Shown: piece after piece, positions 39,082-47,676 of the stretch
Layout: each line of letters opens with the position of its first letter
Numbering within the stretch: the first letter of the stretch is position 1
Assembly: GCA_037130265.1 (NCBI GenBank)
Contig: JBAXTI010000001.1
Coordinates: forward strand, 235,086 to 299,085
Direction: 5' to 3'
DNA length: 64,000 nt
From: a bacterium
GTDB taxonomy: Bacteria > Patescibacteriota > Minisyncoccia > Phycocordibacterales > JBBTRF01
Position numbers and translations under genes: made by a program
The notes under the pieces: generated by a model
Told to the model about the DNA's origin: nothing
What the model saw: the letters and a program-made list of their open reading frames with translations, nothing else
The model's database searches: none

Positions 39082-39956
39082 TGGCGATCGGGCGTTCATC
39101 GAACCTCACCTCACCGCAGTATGCTCGACGGCAACACGAGCAGAAGATTCGCAAGGCAATCGTGGCGAGTGTTTCGTTGCTGATTATTCTCGCGTGCGTG
39201 ATCATCGTCGCTCGGTTGCGTATTTTTCAGATTCAATCGGTCCGGGTGGAGGGGAATTCGGTGACTGCGACGGGCGATGTGCAGGCGAAGGTTGTCGATC
39301 TCACCGCTGGCAATTATCTTTTTGTATTTCCGAAGACCAACGTACTCCTGTATCCAAAGCGAGTCATTCTCACTGCTCTCAAAAAAGAATGGTTCCGCAT
39401 CGATACTGTCTCGGCAGAATTGAATGGTCAGTGGCGAGGCCGGGCTGAACTCACGATACAGATGAGTGAGCGCAAGCCGATGTACGTGTGGTGCGGAAGT
39501 GTACCCCTGGCGGTTGTTTTGCCGGGTTCTGGCAGCGAAGATTGTCTTTATTCCGACGAAACTGGCTATCTCTACGCAACCGCTGCATCCTTTTCAGGGA
39601 CTCCATATGTGAAGCTGTATGGCGGTGTTGCAAACGATCTTTCACCGCTCGGTGCGCATTTTCTCGCTTCTTCGACACCGAATGCATTTGGCAGCGCTCT
39701 CTCTTTTGTCTCCGCGATTGGTGGTGTGGAATTCTTCGGTGCTTCGTTTAAGCCGATGGCCCTCATCGCCAAAGAGAACAATGAGTTTGAAGTGGTGGCT
39801 GCCGGCGGTACGCGCATTTTCTTCACCCTGAATCAAGATATCCAACGTTCCATCGAGGCGTTTCGCCGAGTGGTTGATTCAGAACATCTCATCACTGTAC
39901 CCGTGGAGTATATTGATCTGCGCTATGGGAACAAGGTGTATTACAAAAACCGCTAG
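39081..39956 (+). CDS. FtsQ/DivIB-like cell division protein
   Basis: TM, POTRA-like FQIQSVRVEGN...ERKP, C-terminal EYIDLRYGNKVYYK. Confidence 0.75.
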   Translation: MAIGRSSNLTSPQYARRQHEQKIRKAIVASVSLLIILACVIIVARLRIFQIQSVRVEGNSVTATGDVQAKVVDLTAGNYLFVFPKTNVLLYPKRVILTALKKEWFRIDTVSAELNGQWRGRAELTIQMSERKPMYVWCGSVPLAVVLPGSGSEDCLYSDETGYLYATAASFSGTPYVKLYGGVANDLSPLGAHFLASSTPNAFGSALSFVSAIGGVEFFGASFKPMALIAKENNEFEVVAAGGTRIFFTLNQDIQRSIEAFRRVVDSEHLITVPVEYIDLRYGNKVYYKNR

Positions 39957-39974
39957 CTGCGGTATACTATTGAG

Positions 39975-40364
39975 GTGAAAGCTCTGACTCTCTCGTGGCA
40001 GTATTTGCGATGGCACTACTCTCGGGCATTTGCCGAAATGTTCCGCATCATTGGGCGGGCATATTGGTTCGAGTATCACTTTTTTTCAGTCGGGATTCTG
40101 TTGAGGTCGTTTTTTGAGCCTTGGAAGCGTCTTGGCGAGGAAAAGGGAGAAACATTCAAGCTCGATGAGTGGCTACAGGCGACAGTGATCAATACATTGA
40201 TGCGACTCATCGGCATGTCACTACGCGCAGTCATTCTCATTTTTGCGCTGATCGTATGTGTGGTCACGACGGTGGTCGTGGCTTTGTTTGTGGCGATGTG
40301 GTGCTTGCTGCCGTTTATTATTCTCGCGCTGATCGTGAGAGGGATTCAGTTGGCGATTCAGTAG
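39975..40364 (+). CDS. Small membrane protein
   Basis: YLRWHY...FFSV..LLRSFFEPWKR...RLIG...R plus long hydrophobic C-terminus; upstream of the AAA gene. Confidence 0.75.
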   Translation: MKALTLSWQYLRWHYSRAFAEMFRIIGRAYWFEYHFFSVGILLRSFFEPWKRLGEEKGETFKLDEWLQATVINTLMRLIGMSLRAVILIFALIVCVVTTVVVALFVAMWCLLPFIILALIVRGIQLAIQ

Positions 40365-40389
40365 TGTGTATTTTTAATATGTATTGACC

Positions 40390-42834
40390 ATGGACTCCTC
40401 ACTCATCCAAAAAAAGATTCAAGCATTCCAACCGGCCTTGGCACTCGATGCTTTGGTTGGTTCAGCAAAGCGCCGGACGACGCGTCAGGTCTGGGCGACC
40501 GTGTTCGTGTCGCTTTTGGCGGTGGTGCTCGCCGGAAAGGGGGGCAATCTTGCGCTCGGACTTTTCTGCATTTCCTTTGCAATCGTGTTGAAGGTGTATG
40601 CGATCGAATTTTTCTTCAATTCATATGCGCATAGTCGTGATGCCGACTCTTCGTACATGCTCGCTTCGATGCTGTATCGCTGTACGACATTGCATCCGAC
40701 TGCTGTGTTTATCCTTTCGCCTTTTGGCCGCTGGACATTGAATCGGTGTGGTGTCGGCCGCCTCCCAGCACAGGCATTTTTGACACAAATGACCCATTCG
40801 GCGCAGCCGTTGCCATTGGACCTTTCGGAGGTGCGCACGTTTGCGCAGTTTGTTGAAGAATTGCTCCATGTTGATACGGCGTTTGCACAGTTTTTGCGAG
40901 AATCTGGGGTGGAGAAGAGTGCGTGTATCGGCGCGGCGGAGTGGTGTGAGATTCGCGAGAAGGCTCGTATTGCACAGGCGCGCTGGTGGAGTCATGAAAG
41001 TCTCGCGCGTATTCCGGGATTGGCGAAAGATTGGGCGTATGGCAAAACATATCATTTGGATCGTTTTGGCCGGGATGTGATTGTTGATGCACGTCGACAT
41101 TCGGCTTTGTCGTCTCCTGCGGCTTCGACATTGAGCCTGAATCCTGAATCGTCTTTCCGCCGTGCCGAAATGGTGGCGGTGGAGAAGGTCTTGGTACGAG
41201 ATGGTGCGGGCAGTGCTCTGTTGGTGGGCGACAAGGCGAATGGGGTAATGGATGTGATTCATGGAATCGCCCGGATGATTGATCTCGGTATTGCATACCC
41301 AGAAATCGAGCACAAGCGTTTGATTCGTCTTGATACCCCTTCGATCATGGCGTCGGTGAAGGATCGTGGTTCTTGCGAGGCGTTACTCATTTCTATTTTC
41401 AATGAAGTGGTGAAGGCGGGGAATGTGATTGTGGTGATCGATGAGTTTGCGCTGTTTGTACGCGACACTGCCGCCCTCGGAATCGAAGTACAGTCGCTCC
41501 TTGCCCCGTATCTGTCCTCGGGCGGCGTCCAGCTCATCGCGGTCTCCGACGTGCATTCGTTCCATCAGGTGTTGGAGCCAAAAGCTGAGCTTATGCGATT
41601 TTTTGAAAAGATTCTCCTTGCGCCGATCGACTCCCGTGTGCTTGTGGAGCTGTTGGAGTCGGAAATCGAGCGTGTGGAGCGTCGCAACGGTGTTTTCTTC
41701 ACCTTTCCGGCCATGAAGGAGGTGGTGGAAAGTGCAGAGCGGTATTTTTCACAGGGTTCAAGTATCGACAAGGCACATGACCTCATTGCCGAGATTGCGC
41801 CTTTTGTGCGCGGGCAGAAGCGCAATGTGGTGGAGCGGGCAGATGTGCTCAGTGTGGTGAGCACCAAGACAGGTATTCCACTTGGCGAAGCGTCGGCGGG
41901 CGAGAAGGATGTACTTTTGAAACTTGAAAGTATCTTGCATCAGCGGATTGTTGGGCAGGCGGCGGGTATTCAAGCGATCAGCAACGCAATGCGACGTGCG
42001 CGTTCCGGCGTGAACAATCCAAAGCGTCCGATGGGCTCCTTCCTCTTTATCGGACCAACGGGTGTGGGTAAGACGGAGATGACGAAGGCTCTGGCGAGTG
42101 TATTTTTTGGCAGCGAAGATCGGATCATGCGTTTCGATATGTCGGAATATCGCACGCCGGATGCGCTTGAGCGACTCATCGGCTCGGCGAGTGGTGGGGC
42201 GCCTGGCTTGTTGGCTTCACATTTGCGCGACCAACAATATGGCGTGCTTTTGCTCGATGAATTCGAGAAAACAAACTCCACCGTGCACGATCTGTTTTTG
42301 CAGATCTTGGACGAAGGTTTTTTCACTGATGCGAGTGGTGAGCGGGTGAATGCGCGAAACACTATTATTATTGCGACCTCGAATGCGGGGAGTGATGTGA
42401 TTTGGAAGTTGCTCGGCAATATGAGCGGCAGTGCGGCGGGTGCCAGTGTTGGTGGCGCGACGGGCACATCGATCGCAGATAAAAAATCTGAGATTATCGA
42501 CTCGATCGTTGAGCGCGCAATTTTCAAACCGGAATTGTTGAATCGTTTTGATGATGTGGTGTTGTTCCAGCCGCTTTCGCCGAACGACATGGAGAAGGTC
42601 GGGCGACTCATGTTGGCAAAGCTGAACAAGCGCCTCGATGAAAAGGGGGTGAGTGTCGAAGTTACCGACGAATTGGTGGCGTATTTGGTGAAGGAGGGGT
42701 GTGACCAGAAGTTTGGGGCACGAGCGATGAATCGAGCCATTCAGGAGAAGGTGGAGCAGGCCGTGGCGAAGGCACTTTTGAAAGGTGAGGCAAAACCTGG
42801 TACAGTGCTGCACATCCGACCGGAGGAGCTGTAG
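40390..42834 (+). CDS. Membrane-anchored ClpA/B-like AAA+ ATPase
   Basis: Two N-terminal TMs; degenerate first Walker A (LVGDKANGV); intact second module ([33 protein letters not shown]). Confidence 0.85.
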   Translation: MDSSLIQKKIQAFQPALALDALVGSAKRRTTRQVWATVFVSLLAVVLAGKGGNLALGLFCISFAIVLKVYAIEFFFNSYAHSRDADSSYMLASMLYRCTTLHPTAVFILSPFGRWTLNRCGVGRLPAQAFLTQMTHSAQPLPLDLSEVRTFAQFVEELLHVDTAFAQFLRESGVEKSACIGAAEWCEIREKARIAQARWWSHESLARIPGLAKDWAYGKTYHLDRFGRDVIVDARRHSALSSPAASTLSLNPESSFRRAEMVAVEKVLVRDGAGSALLVGDKANGVMDVIHGIARMIDLGIAYPEIEHKRLIRLDTPSIMASVKDRGSCEALLISIFNEVVKAGNVIVVIDEFALFVRDTAALGIEVQSLLAPYLSSGGVQLIAVSDVHSFHQVLEPKAELMRFFEKILLAPIDSRVLVELLESEIERVERRNGVFFTFPAMKEVVESAERYFSQGSSIDKAHDLIAEIAPFVRGQKRNVVERADVLSVVSTKTGIPLGEASAGEKDVLLKLESILHQRIVGQAAGIQAISNAMRRARSGVNNPKRPMGSFLFIGPTGVGKTEMTKALASVFFGSEDRIMRFDMSEYRTPDALERLIGSASGGAPGLLASHLRDQQYGVLLLDEFEKTNSTVHDLFLQILDEGFFTDASGERVNARNTIIIATSNAGSDVIWKLLGNMSGSAAGASVGGATGTSIADKKSEIIDSIVERAIFKPELLNRFDDVVLFQPLSPNDMEKVGRLMLAKLNKRLDEKGVSVEVTDELVAYLVKEGCDQKFGARAMNRAIQEKVEQAVAKALLKGEAKPGTVLHIRPEEL

Positions 42835-42870
42835 GTGGGGGAGGGGCCAATCTGGTACGTGGCGATTTAT

Positions 42871-44154
42871 ATGAATTTTTTTCAGAAAACACGAGACATA
42901 TTTAGCGATACTTTTGGCCACCTTTTTTCTGCTGATGTAGAGCGGGGGGATTTGTGGTATCGATTGAAGCAGGCGAAAGCGGGTCTGGAGGCTGGCAAGG
43001 CGGGTGAGAAGCCGGCCGAGCCAATTTTCGTGTTGGCACCGATGGCAGATGTGACCGATGCGGCGTTCCGAAAGATTATTGCGAAGTACAGCCGGATGGG
43101 CGCGCGAGCGCAGGGGGCGCCGGATGAGCGGGTGGCTGGCGGCCCGGACGCAATGTGGACGGAATTTGTGTCGGCGGACGGACTCGCTCGCGCGCCCAAA
43201 ATCGGCCGAGACAAATTGTTGCGAGATTTGTTGTATAGCGAAGGGGAGCGGCCGATCATCGCACAGTTTTTCACTTCGAATCCGGCTCATATGGAGCTGG
43301 CCGCTGAACTCGCGGTGGAGATGGGGTTTGATGGGATCGATATTAATATGGGCTGTCCGGACAAAAGTATTGAGAAGCAGGGGGCGGGGGCGTCGATGAT
43401 CAAAAGTCCACGAGTTGCGCGCCGAGTACTTCGAGCGGCTCTGCGCGGTGCTGCGAATGGTGCAAAGAAGTACGGCAAGCCCGTCCCGGCAGTCTCCGTG
43501 AAGACGCGTATTGGGTATGGAAAAAACGAATTGGCGACATGGTTGCCGGCATTGCTCGCGGAGCGTCCCGCATTGATTACTGTCCATGCTCGTAATCGCA
43601 AAGAACTTTCTTTGGTACCAGCGCGTTGGGAACATGTGCGCGAAGCGGTGGAGATCCGGGATCGAGTGCAAGCGAATTTGCCGATCGAAAAGCGCACGCT
43701 CATTTTTGGTAATGGTGATGCACGAAATCTTGCTGATGCTCGAGAAAAAGCGCGCATGAGTGGTGCTGATGGGGTGATGCTTGGCCGTGCCATCTTCGGC
43801 AACCCATGGCTTTTCGACGAAAGCGCCTATATGCATGTGGATACGAATGCTGGTGGCAAGGGTGTTGATGCGGCGAGCGGGCACGCAATTGGTTTTGGTG
43901 GGGCGGTGTTGGGCGTTGATCATTTTTATAACAAAGCTCAGATCGAAGAACGCCTCCGAGTGATGGTGGAGCATACGGAACTCTTTGAAAAACTGCTTGG
44001 TGACCTAAAGAACTTCTCGATTATGAAGAAGCATTACAAGGCGTATGTGCATGGTTGGGAAGGGGCGAAGGAGCTGCGTGCACTGCTCATGCAGACCAAC
44101 TCAGCAGGGGAGGCGAAGGGGGTTGTGGACAACTATTTGACTAAAACAAGCTAG
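42871..44154 (+). CDS. dus: tRNA-dihydrouridine synthase
   Basis: LAPMADVTD, IDINMGCP, SVKTRIG, TVHAR, GNGD and GVMLGRAIFGNPWLF. Confidence 0.93.
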   Translation: MNFFQKTRDIFSDTFGHLFSADVERGDLWYRLKQAKAGLEAGKAGEKPAEPIFVLAPMADVTDAAFRKIIAKYSRMGARAQGAPDERVAGGPDAMWTEFVSADGLARAPKIGRDKLLRDLLYSEGERPIIAQFFTSNPAHMELAAELAVEMGFDGIDINMGCPDKSIEKQGAGASMIKSPRVARRVLRAALRGAANGAKKYGKPVPAVSVKTRIGYGKNELATWLPALLAERPALITVHARNRKELSLVPARWEHVREAVEIRDRVQANLPIEKRTLIFGNGDARNLADAREKARMSGADGVMLGRAIFGNPWLFDESAYMHVDTNAGGKGVDAASGHAIGFGGAVLGVDHFYNKAQIEERLRVMVEHTELFEKLLGDLKNFSIMKKHYKAYVHGWEGAKELRALLMQTNSAGEAKGVVDNYLTKTS

Positions 44155-44171
44155 CGTGCTATAATAGCAAA

Positions 44172-44353
44172 TAGATGTTGAGTGGGATTGCAATGGATTG
44201 CGCGCAAGCAATATGTCCTATGGCCCAGCTCACTTCCACGGTGGCAAATCCTCGCAAGAGGGAATTCGTGTGCAAAATGAATTATTTCGCTGCCGTAGCC
44301 CTTTCCCGCCACCCCTCTCCGCACTGTAGTGCTCGGGGTGGCGGTTTTCTTTT
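44172..44353 (+). ncRNA. Candidate structured sRNA of about 180 nt
   Basis: TTGACT(44137)-17-TATAAT(44160) promoter; several stems, two with GCAA-containing loops; terminator CCGCCACCCC/GGGGTGGCGG plus T-tract. Confidence 0.5.
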
Positions 44354-44409
44354 GTGAAAAATTACACACTTGAGTTGGCTTTATTAAAAAACAGGTATAC
44401 AATTATCTA

Positions 44410-44861
44410 GGGTTGAGGTCATAACAATTCAGTCGATTGAGCGCGACCAGCTCACAAAAAAGATCGATTGATACAAGACGGAAGGAACCAAACAATGCGA
44501 CCACATACGATAGTCATCGCAACGGGAGTCGAAGCAAGTGCGTGCCATCAAGAGTGCAACGCCGGTGCTCGCGGCTCGTCTTTCCTTGTTCATGAACTCG
44601 TCTGCGCCTCTGGTGGGCGCTAAAGGAGGTGATCATTCATCTCGAGGGCGGCCAGGCTCGTTTGCTGGTTTAGCGTAATGCTGACACTCAAGTGAGTGCG
44701 TCCTCGTCACTTTTTTGGTTGTGGTTTCGGTTTGGTTTGGTTTGGTTTGGTTACGGTCTCGGTTCTGTGTTGGTTTGTGTTTCGCGAAGACTGTTTGCTT
44801 CGCGTTCTGGTGGTTAGCGGGTCCGGTTGAAGGGAGCGACACCTTCAGCCGGGCCTTTTTT
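44410..44861 (+). ncRNA. Candidate ncRNA or small-peptide transcript of about 450 nt
   Basis: TTGGCT(44375)-17-TACAAT(44398) promoter; terminator at 44820-44861; only small + strand ORFs (44495-44623, 44592-44678); contains TAAAGGAGGTGATC and GGTTT repeats. Confidence 0.45.
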
Positions 44862-44906
44862 GTTTGCCAATTATTTCTTCCTGTCTTTTTCTGCTATACT
44901 TTCCGC

Positions 44907-46124
44907 ATGAAAGCCGAGGAAAAGAGCAAGAAAGGGGCCGACGGAGCAGCCGGGACGATGGCTGTCAAGGAGGTGAGCGCAGCCCGCACCGCTTCCCACA
45001 GCGCTTTGTACCGCAAATACCGCCCTGCGAGCTTTGCCGACGTGCTTGGACAGGAGCAGGTGGTGAAGGCGCTCGAGGGGGCGATTGGTGCCGGTAAAAA
45101 TACCGCGGGCAAAAGCGGCACTTCGACCACCGGCCGGCCGAACATTTCCCACGCCTACCTCTTCTCCGGCTCACGTGGCACGGGCAAGACCTCAGTGGCA
45201 CGCATTTTTGCACAGGCAATCGGTACGTCGGCCAATGACCTCTACGAGATCGATGCGGCATCGAATCGTGGCATCGACGATGTGCGCGAGCTTCGCGAGG
45301 CGGTGAACACATTGCCTTTTGAGTCGCCATACAAGGTGTACATCATCGACGAGGTGCACATGCTCACCAAGGAGGCCTTCAACGCGCTCTTGAAGACGCT
45401 TGAGGAGCCGCCTGCGCATGTTGTGTTTATTTTGGCGACGACGGATCCGGAAAAGCTTCCGCAGACGGTGGTGTCGCGCTGTCAGACGTTTGTGTTCAAG
45501 AAACCGGGGACGGAGCTACTCAAGGAGAGTGTGTTGCGTGTGTCGAAAGCAGAAGGATTCAAGGTTGCAGATGAGGCCGCTGAGCTCATCGCCTTGCTTG
45601 GCGACGGATCGTATCGCGACACGCTCGGTGCGCTTCAGAAGGTGCTGGGGGCGGTGGGGGGAGGTGAGGCCGGTAGCGCGAAGGGTGCAAAAAGTAGCGG
45701 TGCGACGGAGGTGACCCTCGAAGACGTCGAGCGCGTCACTTCGGCGCCGCGTTCGAAGCTGGTGCAAGACTTCATTCTCGGTCTTGGCGAGGGGTCGGCG
45801 GGCGGTGCTGAAAAAGCGTTGGCGGTGATCCGACAGACGCAGGAGCACGGTGTCGACATGCGTGTGTTTGTGACGATGGTGTTGCAGAAAGTCCGCTTCA
45901 TCTTGCTCATGCGTATGTCGGCAGAAATGGAGAAGATTGCAAAGGAGCAATTTTCCGAGGCGGAATTTGTGTTTCTGAAGAAATGTGCGGGGGATGGTTC
46001 CGGCACAAAGATTAATTCAAAAGTGGTGCTCGAATTGCTTGCCGCACTTGAGCAGACAGGCAGTTCGCCGATTCCGCAATTGCCGCTCGAGCTTGCGGTT
46101 TTGCGGTTGACCCAAGAGAAATAA
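44907..46124 (+). CDS. dnaX: DNA polymerase III gamma/tau subunit
   Basis: LYRKYRP..F..VLGQ, GSRGTGKT, EIDAASNRG, IIDEVHML, NALLKTLEEPP and SRC; start taken at MKAEEK. Confidence 0.95.
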   Translation: MKAEEKSKKGADGAAGTMAVKEVSAARTASHSALYRKYRPASFADVLGQEQVVKALEGAIGAGKNTAGKSGTSTTGRPNISHAYLFSGSRGTGKTSVARIFAQAIGTSANDLYEIDAASNRGIDDVRELREAVNTLPFESPYKVYIIDEVHMLTKEAFNALLKTLEEPPAHVVFILATTDPEKLPQTVVSRCQTFVFKKPGTELLKESVLRVSKAEGFKVADEAAELIALLGDGSYRDTLGALQKVLGAVGGGEAGSAKGAKSSGATEVTLEDVERVTSAPRSKLVQDFILGLGEGSAGGAEKALAVIRQTQEHGVDMRVFVTMVLQKVRFILLMRMSAEMEKIAKEQFSEAEFVFLKKCAGDGSGTKINSKVVLELLAALEQTGSSPIPQLPLELAVLRLTQEK

Positions 46125-46143
46125 TTTTTGATATAATTGACGA

Positions 46144-46854
46144 ATGCACAATGCGGCATCGTATCCTCTGTTCAAGACGAGGGCCGTGCAGCTTCGTCTG
46201 GAAGGAAAAACATATAGTGAAATCCTAGAGGCTGTGCCTGTGGCAAGGTCGACACTTTCGCTTTGGCTAAGAGGCACTTCTTTGGCGGAACCGCAGAAGC
46301 AAAGATATACCGAAAAGAAGCGCCTAGCCGCTTTGAGAGGCGGACAAAAAAGAAAGCAGGACCGGATCGATATCACCAAGACTATTTTTGAAAAGTGCCG
46401 CAGCGATATTTCCATGATCACGACGAGAGAGCTATGGCTCATCGGGATTTCGCTGTATTGGGCAGAAGGGTCGAAGCAAAAAGAGTACAATCCCGGCTCA
46501 GGTACATATTTTTCTAATACTGATTTGAGAATGTTGCAAGTATTTGTCGCTTGGTTGGAGCGATGCGTTGGTATCCAATCTGAGGATATTTCTTACGACC
46601 TTTTCTTACACGAGACTGCGCGGAAAAAGTTGCTCGAAGTCGAAACGTATTGGAGAAGCGGACTGAATATTACGCGAGATCAGCAGTTCAGTGTGTATTG
46701 GAAACGGACTCAGATACGGACGAGCAGGCGCAACATTGGCGACTTGTATTATGGGTGTCTTCGGGTTAAAGTAAGGGCGAGTTCGTCGTTGAATCGAGCA
46801 CTTGCCGGCTGGGCTGATGCGATTACTGGTGCTGTCTGTTGTCACGAGATATAG
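46144..46854 (+). CDS. HTH plus single LAGLIDADG-like protein
   Basis: HTH (LRLEGKTYSEI....VARSTLSLWL); GISLYWAEGSK, FSNTD and YGCLRV; same family as 30358-31019. Confidence 0.8.
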   Translation: MHNAASYPLFKTRAVQLRLEGKTYSEILEAVPVARSTLSLWLRGTSLAEPQKQRYTEKKRLAALRGGQKRKQDRIDITKTIFEKCRSDISMITTRELWLIGISLYWAEGSKQKEYNPGSGTYFSNTDLRMLQVFVAWLERCVGIQSEDISYDLFLHETARKKLLEVETYWRSGLNITRDQQFSVYWKRTQIRTSRRNIGDLYYGCLRVKVRASSSLNRALAGWADAITGAVCCHEI

Positions 46855-46868
46855 TGTTTCCAATTTTT

Positions 46869-46939
46869 TGGGGGATCGTCTAATGGTAGGACATCAGGTT
46901 TTGGTCCTGAGTATCGGGGTTCGAGTCCCTGTCCCCCAG
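46869..46939 (+). tRNA. tRNA-Gln(TTG)
   Basis: TGGGGGA/TCCCCCA acceptor, anticodon loop TTTTGGT, GGTTCGAGTCC. Confidence 0.95.
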
Positions 46940-47029
46940 CAGTCTAGTTTAGTTCTGAACGACCAAGAGGGGTCAGAACAAACAGATATCTATACCGTCA
47001 TCGCATACCTGCTGAGAGCAGTATTCAAG

Positions 47030-47065
47030 ACAAAAAATCACCGATACAAGTCGGTGATTTTTTGT
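47030..47065 (+). terminator. Bidirectional intrinsic terminator
   Basis: ACAAAAAATCACCGA...TCGGTGATTTTTTGT. Confidence 0.75.
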
Positions 47066-47093
47066 TAAGATAAGATGGATTAATTGATTATGT

Positions 47094-47675
47094 ATGTCAG
47101 AAAATACCTGGAAAGAATACTTCGAAAGAACAAAAGATAGTAAACCTAGACCTCTACTTGTTAAGGCAGTGGATTTGGTGGTGGACAAAAATGAAGCACT
47201 TGATTTGGGCTCGGGTGCTTTTAATGATGTTAGATACTTGGTTTCGAAAGGTTTTAAACATATTACAGCTGTAGACAGTAAACCGATAGCTCAAGGTATC
47301 ATTCAGAATTTTCCGACAGAAATTGTCTCATATATTATCAGTTCTTTTGAGAATTTTGATTTTGTTGAAAACAAATATGATCTTATAAATGCTCAATACT
47401 CTCTACCATTTAACCCAGAGAATACTCTTGAAAGAGTTTTCAAATCAATCACTTCTTCTCTTAAAGATGGAGGGATACTCACAGGTCAATTTTTTGGAAC
47501 TAAAGATGAATGGAATGTTGAAGGCCATAAAATGAATTTTCAAACTCGCGAACAAGCAGAAAAATTACTAAGTGGTTTAGAAGTTATTGATTTTCAAGAA
47601 GAGGAGGAAGATAGAAAAACAGCAAAGGGAGATATGAAGCATTGGCACGTTTTCCATTTTATAATAAAAAAATAA
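47094..47675 (+). CDS. SAM-dependent methyltransferase (TehB-like)
   Basis: ALDLGSG, ITAVD, SLKDGG...GQFFG..DEW and KHWHVFH. Confidence 0.85.
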   Translation: MSENTWKEYFERTKDSKPRPLLVKAVDLVVDKNEALDLGSGAFNDVRYLVSKGFKHITAVDSKPIAQGIIQNFPTEIVSYIISSFENFDFVENKYDLINAQYSLPFNPENTLERVFKSITSSLKDGGILTGQFFGTKDEWNVEGHKMNFQTREQAEKLLSGLEVIDFQEEEEDRKTAKGDMKHWHVFHFIIKK

Positions 47676-47676
47676 T

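Noticed and set aside
42217-43974. 585-aa minus-strand ORF
   Set aside because: Antisense shadow of the Clp-like ATPase and dus genes, which are in the same frame; no recognisable motifs.
44238-44297. c-di-GMP-I riboswitch (GGCAAA...GCAA...GCAAA)
   Set aside because: Lacks the GACGCAAA junction and tetraloop-receptor arm; retained only as an unknown sRNA candidate.
44172-44861. tmRNA, RNase P or SRP RNA upstream of dnaX
   Set aside because: No tRNA-like ends, no GAGGAAAGUCC and no SRP GGAA-loop motif found by eye.
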